This document shows positions 53,014 to 64,000 of a stretch of DNA of 64,000 nucleotides, piece after piece; the stretch's first letter is position 1; every line of letters starts with the position of its first letter. This DNA is from Eledone cirrhosa. Taxonomy: Eukaryota. The position numbers were made by a program, and so were the translations under genes. Under the pieces are notes generated by a model. It saw only the letters and a program-made list of their open reading frames with translations, was not told where the DNA came from and did no database searches. The DNA is taken from positions 6,386,001-6,450,000 of the forward strand of contig OZ024753.1 in assembly GCA_964016885.1 (NCBI GenBank), in the 5' to 3' direction.

Positions 53014-53098
53014 AGTAACGCACGTTTCGCTATTGATCAGCTCATTGTTCGATCTGTATCGATAGTGTCCGACTCTGGCATCAAAAGCTCGTCGGACC
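53014..53098 (-). ncRNA. Hammerhead-like motif F8 with CCGACGA core and expanded stem II
   Basis: GGU-CCGACGA-GCUUUUGAU...AUCAAUAGC-GAAA-CGUGCG-UU^-ACU then AAUAAA; the element starts at (TA)n ~52965. Confidence 0.6.
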
Positions 53099-53832
53099 CC
53101 TGTTGTGGTAATATCATTATCACAGAGTCAGGCTAGATCGATACAGATAAAACTGGCCTCTGAAATGTCCATATTGTTCGCAGAAATGAAAATATTGGGG
53201 AGTTTAACCTGTTATTTTTCTCTGCAATATAATATTCAACTCCGTTCTCGCAACACCAACAATATTCAACATCAAAGATTGATGAGTTGCGTAACGTCGA
53301 GTTCTTTCCTACTATTACATTATTTTAGAATTACCAATTCTATCCAGTTGTGAACCAGCAGACTTAAATGTATATATATATATATGTGTGTGTATGTAAG
53401 AAAGGAATAATACAGTGAGAGACTAGTAGTATGATTACTATAACTACATCTCTAATTACAAAAACTAACGCGATTTGTTTAATCATTTCTAAGATAAACT
53501 GTACAGCAAATTTTTATTGTCGTCATGTATTTATCTATCGTTAGTAAAATTCTAACTATTAACAGCTGCACACAACTCGGGTAGTCGATTTCAGATATGC
53601 TTCCGGTATTCTGGAGAAATATCACTAATTAATGTCTCATGAATAACCTTGCTTAGTTAATTGTCTTATATTGCAATGAATAAGTTCAGTAATATTTAAA
53701 TAACTTTCTGCAAATTGTTCTCCTATTATTACTTTTGTCTGTTTCGCGCCGGTTAAATCTTCATCGTTGTCTCGTATCAAGTTCGTTTCCTTCTCTGTAC
53801 ATATTTATATTATTATATTAAATTATCCCCCG

Positions 53833-54330
53833 AATAATGGTTTCTGATTTAGGCCCAAGGGCAACAATTTGGGGAGCGGGAAAGTTGATTAAATCGATCC
53901 CAATATGTTACTGGCAATTTATTTTATCAACCGTTGTAAAGATGAAAGGCGAAGCTAACCTTGGCGTATTTTGAACTCAGAGTTTACCCGGTAATAATTG
54001 ATTCGACTTTAGGCACAAGGCCAGCAATTATCCAGTGCATTACTGGTACTTTATTTTATCGACCCCATAAGGATGAAAGGTAAAGTAAACCTCGGCGGGA
54101 TTTGAACTCAGACCGTAAAGGGACGTAACTATGCTGGAAAGCATGGCGTCCGACTCTCTACCGATACTGCCAATCCACCGGTAGTAATGGTTTCAGATTT
54201 AAGCACAAGATCACAATTTTGTGGGTGGCAACAGTCAATTAAATCGACCCAGTGCACTGCTGGTACTTTAATGTATCGACTCCGAGATGATTAAAGACAA
54301 TGTAAACATTGGTGTGATTTGAAATAGAAA
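53833..54330 (-). mobile_element. Cluster of three SINE A copies or variants
   Basis: Full copy at 53995-54178 flanked by diverged copies. Confidence 0.85.
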
Positions 54331-55544
54331 ATTACCTAGTAATAATATCATATATTTCTTCTGTCCTTTTTTTATTATTTCTGGCAAGTCAAGCTATCAT
54401 ATATAGTTCCCCATAGATTCATATTCTATCTCAGTTATAACTGATTTGACCAAGATTTTATGAAGTATGATATGATGGTTTATTTTCAATGTAATAAAAT
54501 ATACTTCTTTCCTAACATAGGAAAAGTAACCATAGCAATGAAGAATTTATGTAGTTCTTTATAAATATACTATTAATAAAACATTATTTAATAACGAACT
54601 CACAAACAAATCATTTCAATGATATCTAACAAATGCGTTTAAGAGTCTGAAATAATTATATATTTTGATATAAAGTTGAAGAATTTCAAGAAAGAAGAAA
54701 GGATATGACGAGTATGATACTTAGTTTCGTAAGCTAGAGAGGAACAGGAATGAATACGCTACAACATACAGCACAATCAACATATATTTCTACTAATCCT
54801 AATAACGCATTGGACCATATACACGCAGTTGATTATTCCATGTTAACTTAATATATTCTGAGAAACTGCTTCTGCAAACAATACCCTTAGAGATCAACTA
54901 TACATCATAAGATAATGATTTTAAATACTGTAGCTTCGAGGGTGAAACGTAAATGCTATAAATCAATTATATAAGTGATCTTCGCTTTCTCCCAATGCAT
55001 TATTCTATCAATCTTTTCATAATTCGAAATATTCCCAGTTATTACGTTTTATCCATTTCTATCAGCAAATTCTTGTATTTTTATGCTGTTATGATTTATA
55101 AAATATATTTGATTGAAATGTTTATATAGCATGACATGTTAATAACAACGTATTTCGTGTTGCTTCCTTGCGTTTATTTTTGCTGAAGGACAAAGAGTAG
55201 AAGAAATCATTTAAAAATGTTTTCTCACATTTACACAATTCTGTAAATATTCTTTCGAATATACTGCAGAAAGGTGATGGAGCATATCAATTCTCCAGTG
55301 TTTTTAATTGTCATGGATTACTGGATTAGTGTATCGTTTTAGTTGTTATTGAAGCGTTAAGACACATTCAAAATTTTCATGAAGTAATATTAATTGCGCC
55401 TGGAAATATTATTGCAAGCTTTGTATTCAATTTTGTATTTATTTAAATTCGAAATGGTATGTAAACAAATACTAAACGTTGTTCCGTCTGATTGTGAAGA
55501 GTAAATACTTTAGATAAATGAAATCAGGCGATAAAATTAATTAT

Positions 55545-55915
55545 TATTCCTTTATTGGCCACTAGGGCCAACAAACAAGTGTCAATACAAATGAGCTAAG
55601 GCAGTAACGATTTACATATAATTAATCACGCAAACAAATAAAATGGTTAACAAAATACCAATGAATGAAAACAACATAGTTTCCCAATTGTTGTGGAGCA
55701 TCACCAAGGAGTGGTTTAGGAACCACACTTATGTGAGACTAACCAAAGTGCGAAGAGCACCCTAAGAAGGGGGGCCCCTCCTGTCCGAACGATATTCATA
55801 GGCTTATGCCGAATCGTGCGGTTTCAAAGAAAAGCCATTTGTACACGTTGTTTTGTTTGCATTTAAAGAATTGTATTAAGGGGGAAATGATCTATAGCAG
55901 AAAGACTGCCTTGCT
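55545..55915 (-). mobile_element. Old L1/Tx1-like 3' end remnant
   Basis: TTTATTGGCCACTAGGGC terminus resembles 21476 TTTTATTAGCCACAAGGGC; the rest is highly degraded. Confidence 0.4.
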
Positions 55916-56260
55916 ACAATGTAATAGAGGAAATATAATGAGTAACTGAAATCTAGGCAGGATATCCATTTAGATTTCAGTACAATTTCGAACAGTATAG
56001 TTCAAAGCGCAAAATATACTGAGACGTCTATGAGTTCTCTTCCATTATATAGAAATAATATCAAAGCACACTACAAGGCACATTGAATTGTTTTCGAAAG
56101 ATTCTTCATTAAATAACGTAAATCTACGGAAAATTTTGTTGAAACAAACAACGTACATTCACGATATGTATAACTAGTTTTACGAGGGTAGGCGGAAAGT
56201 TTCATAATGATACTTTCATCGAATGACAAAATGAGGTGTTTATTTTTCAACATAGTCCCT

Positions 56261-56600
56261 GAAGGCGCATAGCTTAGTGGTTACAGCATTGTGCTTGCAA
56301 TTGAGAGGTTATGATGCGGTCCGGGTGATGCGTTATGACCTTGGAAATAACACTTTATTTCACGTTGCTCAGTTTACTCAGCTTACTCAGCTGTAGAAGT
56401 GAGTTTCGACGTCACTGGTACCAAGCTGTATCGGTCATTGCCTTTCCCTTGCACAACATCGATGGCGTGGAGAGAGGAGACTGGTATGCACGGGTGACTA
56501 CTGGTCTTCCACAAAACAAACCGTGCTCAGGCTTGTGCCTCGGAGGGAAAATTTCTAGGTGCAAAACCATGGTCATTCATGACCGAGTGGGGCCATTATA
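56261..56600 (+). mobile_element. SINE family B (tRNA head, CORE-like domain)
   Basis: GAAGGCGCATAGCTTAGTGGTTA A-box, GACCTTGGAAATAACACTTTATTTCACGTTGCTC central domain, tail CATGGTCATTCATGACCGA. Confidence 0.7.
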
Positions 56601-56964
56601 TTATTAAGTCCCAGCAAAGAAACAATGCAGTTATTTAATAAGTATTGAAATTAATGCACGCTAGATTTCACTGCTCTAGCATCTCTCCTTCATAGTCAGC
56701 CTATGGACGTTTCGGCCAAACCTCGTATACCTCTGGTTGATCAGCGCTAAGCTGGGAACTAAATAAACATTAAATAAATAGCAGTAATACATAATCTACA
56801 CGATATTACAACGTGTTAGACATAGCAGTGAGTTATCCGAGAAATGGAACTAGAACTGTTTCATTCAAAGTAACTCATCAGGGAAGCCGACTGTCAATGT
56901 GTCTCATACAGAAATCTAGTTGAATAAAACATGCATAGCAAGTATATAAAACCTACTGTCTGGT

Positions 56965-57415
56965 AAATGTGTGCAAACACTGAAGAGCCGAACTCCCACT
57001 GCCATCGCCTCCATCTATTTGCCCTCCCCATCTCTCATATCCGAACTCAGAGGAGCCGAACTCCCACTGTCATCACCTCCATCTATTTAGCCCTCCCCAT
57101 CTCTCATAACCGAACTCAGAGGAGCCGAACTCCCACTGTCATCACCTCCATCTCTCTCGCCCTCCCCAGCTCTCTGTATCATGATCAAATGGGGTCCCAC
57201 GTGATGGCCGCCCCACGGTTCCGACCTACAGAATAGAGAAAACGTTTCTCCAGAGGATGGTAAGGGAGATGCGCTCGAAGAGCCATTCTTTATCGCGAGG
57301 ATCACACCAGTGGCTCGCAAACTCAGCGCCTATGGTGGTAAATAAGGAGTTAGCCTTAGGGCCAAGGACACCAGAAGTCTCCAATACTAGGGGAACGACA
57401 GCAATGGCACTCTTT
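56965..57415 (-). mobile_element. CRE-like (RLE) non-LTR retrotransposon 3' end with triplicated 3' UTR unit
   Basis: VVPLVLETSGVLGPKA...DPRDKEWLFERISLTILWRNVFSIL matches the CRE C-terminal P-x-x-x-ET-x-G-x-x-G...DPRE..L.QR.S.A..RGN motif; 68-69 bp repeats start at 56985, 57053 and 57122. Confidence 0.75.
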
Positions 57416-59276
57416 TTAAAATGAGGAACGAAAAATTGATTCTTGCGCTGCAATATGTTTGGAATAAAAAGTAACTAGCATGGTCTGGCCATCTTTTATC
57501 AGATATTGTATCGGTTAGGATAGAAATGGTGTTATAAAATATAGCAGTATACACAACAACAAGGAAATCCCAGAAGTGAGCCAATATTAAGGACAAACCG
57601 AAAACAATAAAAGGTATTACGTGCATTATAGAGTGCAATACAATATTCCTAGCTAATAATTCCACTGGAATGTAAGGTGGGCTTTATCTTGGATTCGTAC
57701 AACCTTTAATAGTCAATAATGTAATCTGATTTTGTGTCATCTCTCTCTCTCTCTCATACACACACACACCTACCTAGATCTCTCTCTCCCGCACCTACCT
57801 ACCTCTCTCACACACACACCTCCCTCTCTCTTTCTCTCTATATATAGATATATATATAACCACTTACAGACAGCATGGTAGAGTAAGCCACATTGGACAT
57901 TGGAATAGTTCATTTATTTTCCTCGGAAGAAGAGATATTAATCTCGAAATATAAGGACATATGAATGTATATATATATAACCAACATCAATAACAATATT
58001 AAAGCTACTGAAGTATTACTAATACCGATATTTGATTCTGGAATACGTGTTTGTTGATGTTATTTAGTTCTGGGACATTATTAATGAAGCAAAGCTATGT
58101 TCAAAGGAAATCCAACCTTAAGTATCGAACATATACTCTGTGAGAGGTTTGACTGTAGGCTGTTACTTCAAGATATCTTGGCTGTTATTTCTGTTTTATA
58201 TCTGGTTTTTTTCTAGCAGATCCAGTGAGCTCATAGCTGTTTTCTTCTTTGGGTTTGGTTATAGCTCTTACAGTTCTTACAGTTCTCTTGAAATAAAATT
58301 ACGGAAATTAATCTAAAGTATATAATCCAAACGATGTTTTTAAATGTCCAGAAATGTGTGTTGTACCTATAGTTAGTGCGTTGTATTTATCGTAAACATT
58401 AGATTTCCTTCAGGATCTTCCATTCATTCACGCTTTGTGAGTATTGATGTGTTTATTACCTGGCACAAACTGACCGAATTCTATGACATTCCGTTATTCT
58501 TTCCCTTCTAGTAAACGACTGAGACAACAATATTATCAGGAAATAAATTTATGCAATGTGGCATTATACGTGATAGCTAATATAGCATTCTACGTTTTCT
58601 AGATAATAGCATTGCCAGGAGAAGGTAATATTCACAAATGTATACAGGAATGCAAACATACATACATGTATTCCTGTGTCTACGTACGCCTGTAAATTTA
58701 TTATACGCATTATATATCTATCTATGTATGTGTATACAAATATATATATACATATATTTATTTGTATATACATATATATATGTATATGTGTATATAGATA
58801 TATTTATGTATATATATATGTATGTACAAATATATATAGATATACATATATTTATTTGTATATACATATATATATGTATGTGTATATATATATATTTATG
58901 TATATATATATATATGTATATACATATATATATATCCATATATATGCGTGTGTGTGCATATGAATAACTGTATGCATTGTATTTACCTATATATACATGT
59001 ATATGTGTGTGCGTGTGTGTATATATATATTCATACACACCCCAGAATCGGGCACAGAAGTGTATAGGCGTGTGTGTGTGTATATGTTAATATTTCTTGG
59101 ATATTGGTTCTTCTATTTAAACATTTTCCATATAAATCCTAGCTTTTCATGAAAATGGGTCATTTATTCCGAAAGATATAATGCAGTATATTCTATTACA
59201 TTGAGAAATATACTCTTAATTGGATAAATATATCATGGTTATATGCAATATAAAAGTAATAATGTGTTATACAGCA

Positions 59277-59620
59277 ACTACTACTACTACTACTACTACT
59301 AAAATTATTACTACTACTACTACTACTACTACTACTAAAATTACTACTACTACTACTACTACTACTAAAATTATTACTACTACTACTACTACTACTACAT
59401 CTATTACTACTAGTACTAACACCTACTACTAATATTATTGCTACCTTTACTACTATTACTACTACTAGCCGCACTACTAACACAACTACTACTACCACTA
59501 CTGCCAATTCTACTAACAATACTACTAATGCTGCTACTACCACTAATACTACCACTGATAGCGCCACTACTAACACAACTACTACTACGAACTACCAATA
59601 CTATTACTACTACTACCATA
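59277..59620. repeat. (TAC)n degenerate trinucleotide array
   Basis: Direct reading. Confidence 0.9.
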
Positions 59621-59621
59621 T

Positions 59622-59879
59622 CTGTCGTACATAAAAGGAGAGTAATATTTGCTGGCCTCTGCCATCACGCCACCTATGAGGCTGTGTCCCCATTAGTACT
59701 TTGGAAACCACAAGCAGTCACTAATAACAGGGGCCACAAGCTCTCCTACCCCGATGTCATCTCCAGAGATTCTGGTATTGAAATCTACGATTTGGCAACG
59801 GTAATGAACGCCAGACCAATGTGAAGACCAATTGTTGAGTCGATTTTGACTGAGGCGCCGGTTGATGTTGATAACGATT

Positions 59880-59880
<1 letters not shown>
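59622..59880 (+). mobile_element. LINE (RTE-like) extreme 3' end
   Basis: RRVIFAGLCHHA..SPLVLWKP..RGHKLSYPDVI.RD..DLATVMNAR..: FAGHC/LW-x-P/RG..YxD C-terminal signature. Confidence 0.6.
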
Positions 59881-59910
<30 letters not shown>

Positions 59911-60030
59911 AGATTTCGCATTCTTCTAACAATTGTTTCTAATTAAGGTAGAAGTTCTAAATTTTAACCCCAGGACTTTACTGGACCTACATTTTATCGA
60001 TACCTAAGGATGGAAATTTAATTTAAAAGG

Positions 60031-60212
60031 AATTGGTAGTGTGTCGGGCTCTATGCATTTTAGCATAGAGCTACGGCCCTTTACGTTCTGAGTTCAAATC
60101 CTGTCGAGGTTAGCTTTGATTTTCATCCCTACAGGGTCGATAAAATAAAGTCGATTTAATCGACTTTCCCATCCCTTCAAATTGCTGGCCTTGTGCCTGA
60201 AGTAGAAACAAT
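60031..60212 (+). mobile_element. SINE A variant
   Basis: B-box, central domain and tail. Confidence 0.8.
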
Positions 60213-60314
60213 GATTTATTGCTCATAATAGAGAGAGATGAGGGGAGCTGGAGAGACCTAGGGGGTGACAGTGTGAGTTTGGCCCCATTGTGTTCGGACC
60301 TGGTGTATATATAT

Positions 60315-60528
60315 ATTTATTAAAATAACAGATTAAAGTTTCAGTAAAGAATCGCTACTTTCACCCTTAACGGGACAAAAGATCCCGTTAAGGGTTAAAG
60401 CAGCGATTTTTTGCTTAAACTTTACTAAGTTATTTTAATAAATATTTGCTCTAGGGTTCTTATATATTTGATATATATTTATCGTTATCGAGCCCTCTTT
60501 GGATTTTAGTCTTCACATTTATTATTAC

Positions 60529-60533
<5 letters not shown>
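60315..60533 (+). mobile_element. Family F2 element: fold-back head plus 3' tail
   Basis: Inverted arms 60315-60375 / 60383-60445 around TCCCGTTAAGGG; tail TATCGAGCCCTCTTTGGATTTTAGTCTTCACATTTATTATTAC also at 24401-24443 and 14450-14499 (-). Confidence 0.7.
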
Positions 60534-60564
<31 letters not shown>

Positions 60565-60597
60565 TAATAAAACAATGAATAAACAAAGAAACAGTTC

Positions 60598-60914
60598 TTA
60601 TATATATATTATATATATATATTATATATATATATTATATATATATATTATATATATATATTATATATATATATTATATATATATATTATATATATATAT
60701 TATATATATATATTATATATATATATTATATATATATATTATATATATATATTATATTTATATATTATATATATATATTATATATATTTATATTATATAT
60801 ATATTTATATATATTATATATATATATATGTATTATATATATATATATATTATATATGTATTATATATATATTATATATTATATATATATATTATATATA
60901 TATTATATATATAT

Positions 60915-60946
<32 letters not shown>

Positions 60947-61207
60947 GTATTATATATATATATATATTATATATATATTATATATATATTATATATTATA
61001 TATATATATATATATATATGTATTATATATATATATGTATTATATATATATATATATATATATATGTATTATATATATATATGTATTATATATATATATA
61101 TATATATTTTAAATAATATATATATATATATATTATATAATATATATATATATAATATATATATATATATATTATATAATATATATATATATATATTATA
61201 TATATAT

Positions 61208-61253
<46 letters not shown>

Positions 61254-61286
61254 ATATATATAATATATATATATTATATATATAAT

Positions 61287-61364
<78 letters not shown>

Positions 61365-61385
61365 ATAATATATATATATATATAT

Positions 61386-61433
<48 letters not shown>

Positions 61434-61453
61434 TATAATATATATATATATAT

Positions 61454-61484
<31 letters not shown>

Positions 61485-61498
61485 ATATATATATATAT

Positions 61499-61535
<37 letters not shown>

Positions 61536-61667
61536 ATATATATATATATATATAATATATATATATTATATTATATAATATATATATAATATATATATAA
61601 TATATATATAATATATATATATATAATATATATATATATATTATATAATATATATATATATATATAT

Positions 61668-61698
<31 letters not shown>

Positions 61699-61714
61699 AT
61701 ATATATATATATAT

Positions 61715-61754
<40 letters not shown>

Positions 61755-61837
61755 TATATATATTATACAATATATATATATATATATATATTATATAATA
61801 TATATATATATATAATATATATAATATATATATATAT

Positions 61838-61883
<46 letters not shown>

Positions 61884-61893
61884 TATATATATT

Positions 61894-61935
<42 letters not shown>

Positions 61936-62003
61936 ATATATATATTATACAATATATATATATATATATATATTATACAATATATATATATATATATTAT
62001 ATA

Positions 62004-62039
<36 letters not shown>

Positions 62040-62112
62040 ATATATATATATTATATATATATTATATATATATTATATATATATATTATATATATATTAT
62101 ATATATATATAG

Positions 62113-62167
<55 letters not shown>

Positions 62168-62281
62168 ATATATATATATATATTATATATATATATATAT
62201 ATTATATAAATATATATATATATTATATATATATTATATATATATATTATATATATATTATATATATATTATATATTATAT

Positions 62282-62316
<35 letters not shown>

Positions 62317-62425
62317 ATATATATATATTATATATATATTATATATAGATATATATATATATATTATCATATATATATTATATATATATATATTATATAT
62401 ATATTACTATTATATATATATATAT

Positions 62426-62477
<52 letters not shown>

Positions 62478-62539
62478 ATATATTATATAATATATATATA
62501 TATATATTATATAATATATATATATATTATATATATATT

Positions 62540-62575
<36 letters not shown>

Positions 62576-62594
62576 ATATATATATATATATATA

Positions 62595-62680
<86 letters not shown>

Positions 62681-62747
62681 ATATATTATATTATATATAT
62701 ATATATTATATAATATATATATATAATATATATATTATATATATATA

Positions 62748-62789
<42 letters not shown>

Positions 62790-62801
62790 TAATATTATAT
62801 A

Positions 62802-62872
<71 letters not shown>

Positions 62873-63272
62873 ATATATATATTATATATAAATATAATAT
62901 ATAATATATATATATATATATAATATATATATATATATATTATAATATATATATATATATTTATATATATATATATATATTATATATATATATTATATAT
63001 ATATAATATATATATATTTATATATATATATATATAATTATATATATATATTATATATATTTATATATATATATATTTATATATATATTATATATATTAT
63101 ATATATATATTATATATATTATATATATATATATATTATATATATATATTATATATATTATATATATATATATATTATATATATATATTATATATATTAT
63201 ATAATATATATTTATATATATATTATATATATTATATATATATATATTTATATATATATATATTATATATAT

Positions 63273-63304
<32 letters not shown>

Positions 63305-63865
63305 ATATTTATATATATATATTATATATTATATATATTTAATATATATATTATATATATTATATATATATATATTTTATATATATATTTATATATATTT
63401 ATATATATATATTATATATATATATTATATATATTTATATATATATATTATATATATTATTTATATATTTATATATATTATTATATATTATATATATATA
63501 TATTTATATATATATATTATATATATTATATATATTTTATATATATTTTATATATATTATATATATATATATTTATATATATATATTATATATATTATAT
63601 ATATTTATATATATATTATATATATTATATATATATATATTTATATATATATATTATATATATTATATATATTTATATATATATTATATATATTATATAT
63701 ATATATATTTATATATATATATTATATATATTATATATATTTATATATATATTATATATATTATATATATATATATTTATATATATATATTATATATATT
63801 TATATATATATTATATATATTATATATATATATATTTATATATATATATTATATATATATATATT

Positions 63866-63899
<34 letters not shown>

Positions 63900-63902
63900 A
63901 TA
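60598..63902. repeat. 3.3-kb almost pure A/T (TA)n-derived array
   Basis: Direct reading; only sporadic C/G. Confidence 0.95.
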
Positions 63903-64000
63903 GTGAAAAATTGAAGAATAACATGGTCGGCTGTACAAAAAAGGTTTATTTCTAGTATTAACAATGGTGTCATCGATCAGGGGAGACTAAAGGCCGCTGA

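Overview
AT-rich, repeat-saturated eukaryotic DNA with no supportable host protein-coding exon. Almost all ORFs in the track are translations of (TA)n/(TAC)n/(CACT)n microsatellites. The SINE families, microsatellite load and LINE fragments suggest an octopod cephalopod genome, intron or intergenic (inference). Recognisable content: about 25 copies or fragments of one tRNA-derived SINE, a second CORE-like SINE, decayed non-LTR fragments (RTE, L1/Tx1, R4/Dong-like, CRE-like), three DNA-transposon MITEs (Tigger-like, hAT-Charlie-like, piggyBac-like) and a Helentron/DINE-like element. The main finding is about 11 sequence-unrelated families of short non-coding elements that usually sit at (TA)n tracts and often form long inverted repeats. 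Each carries a complete, decayed or partial type I hammerhead ribozyme fold (stem I - CUGANGA - stem II - GAAA - stem III - UH - stem I'), about 20 motifs in 64 kb. The architecture matches pseudo-LTRs of Penelope-like elements (retrozyme-like), but no RT/GIY-YIG ORF is present here. Several families independently share non-canonical features: a U-U pair at the base of stem II, a CCGANGA core (U4C), or a 55-60 nt expanded stem II. All folds were derived by eye and activity is untested.
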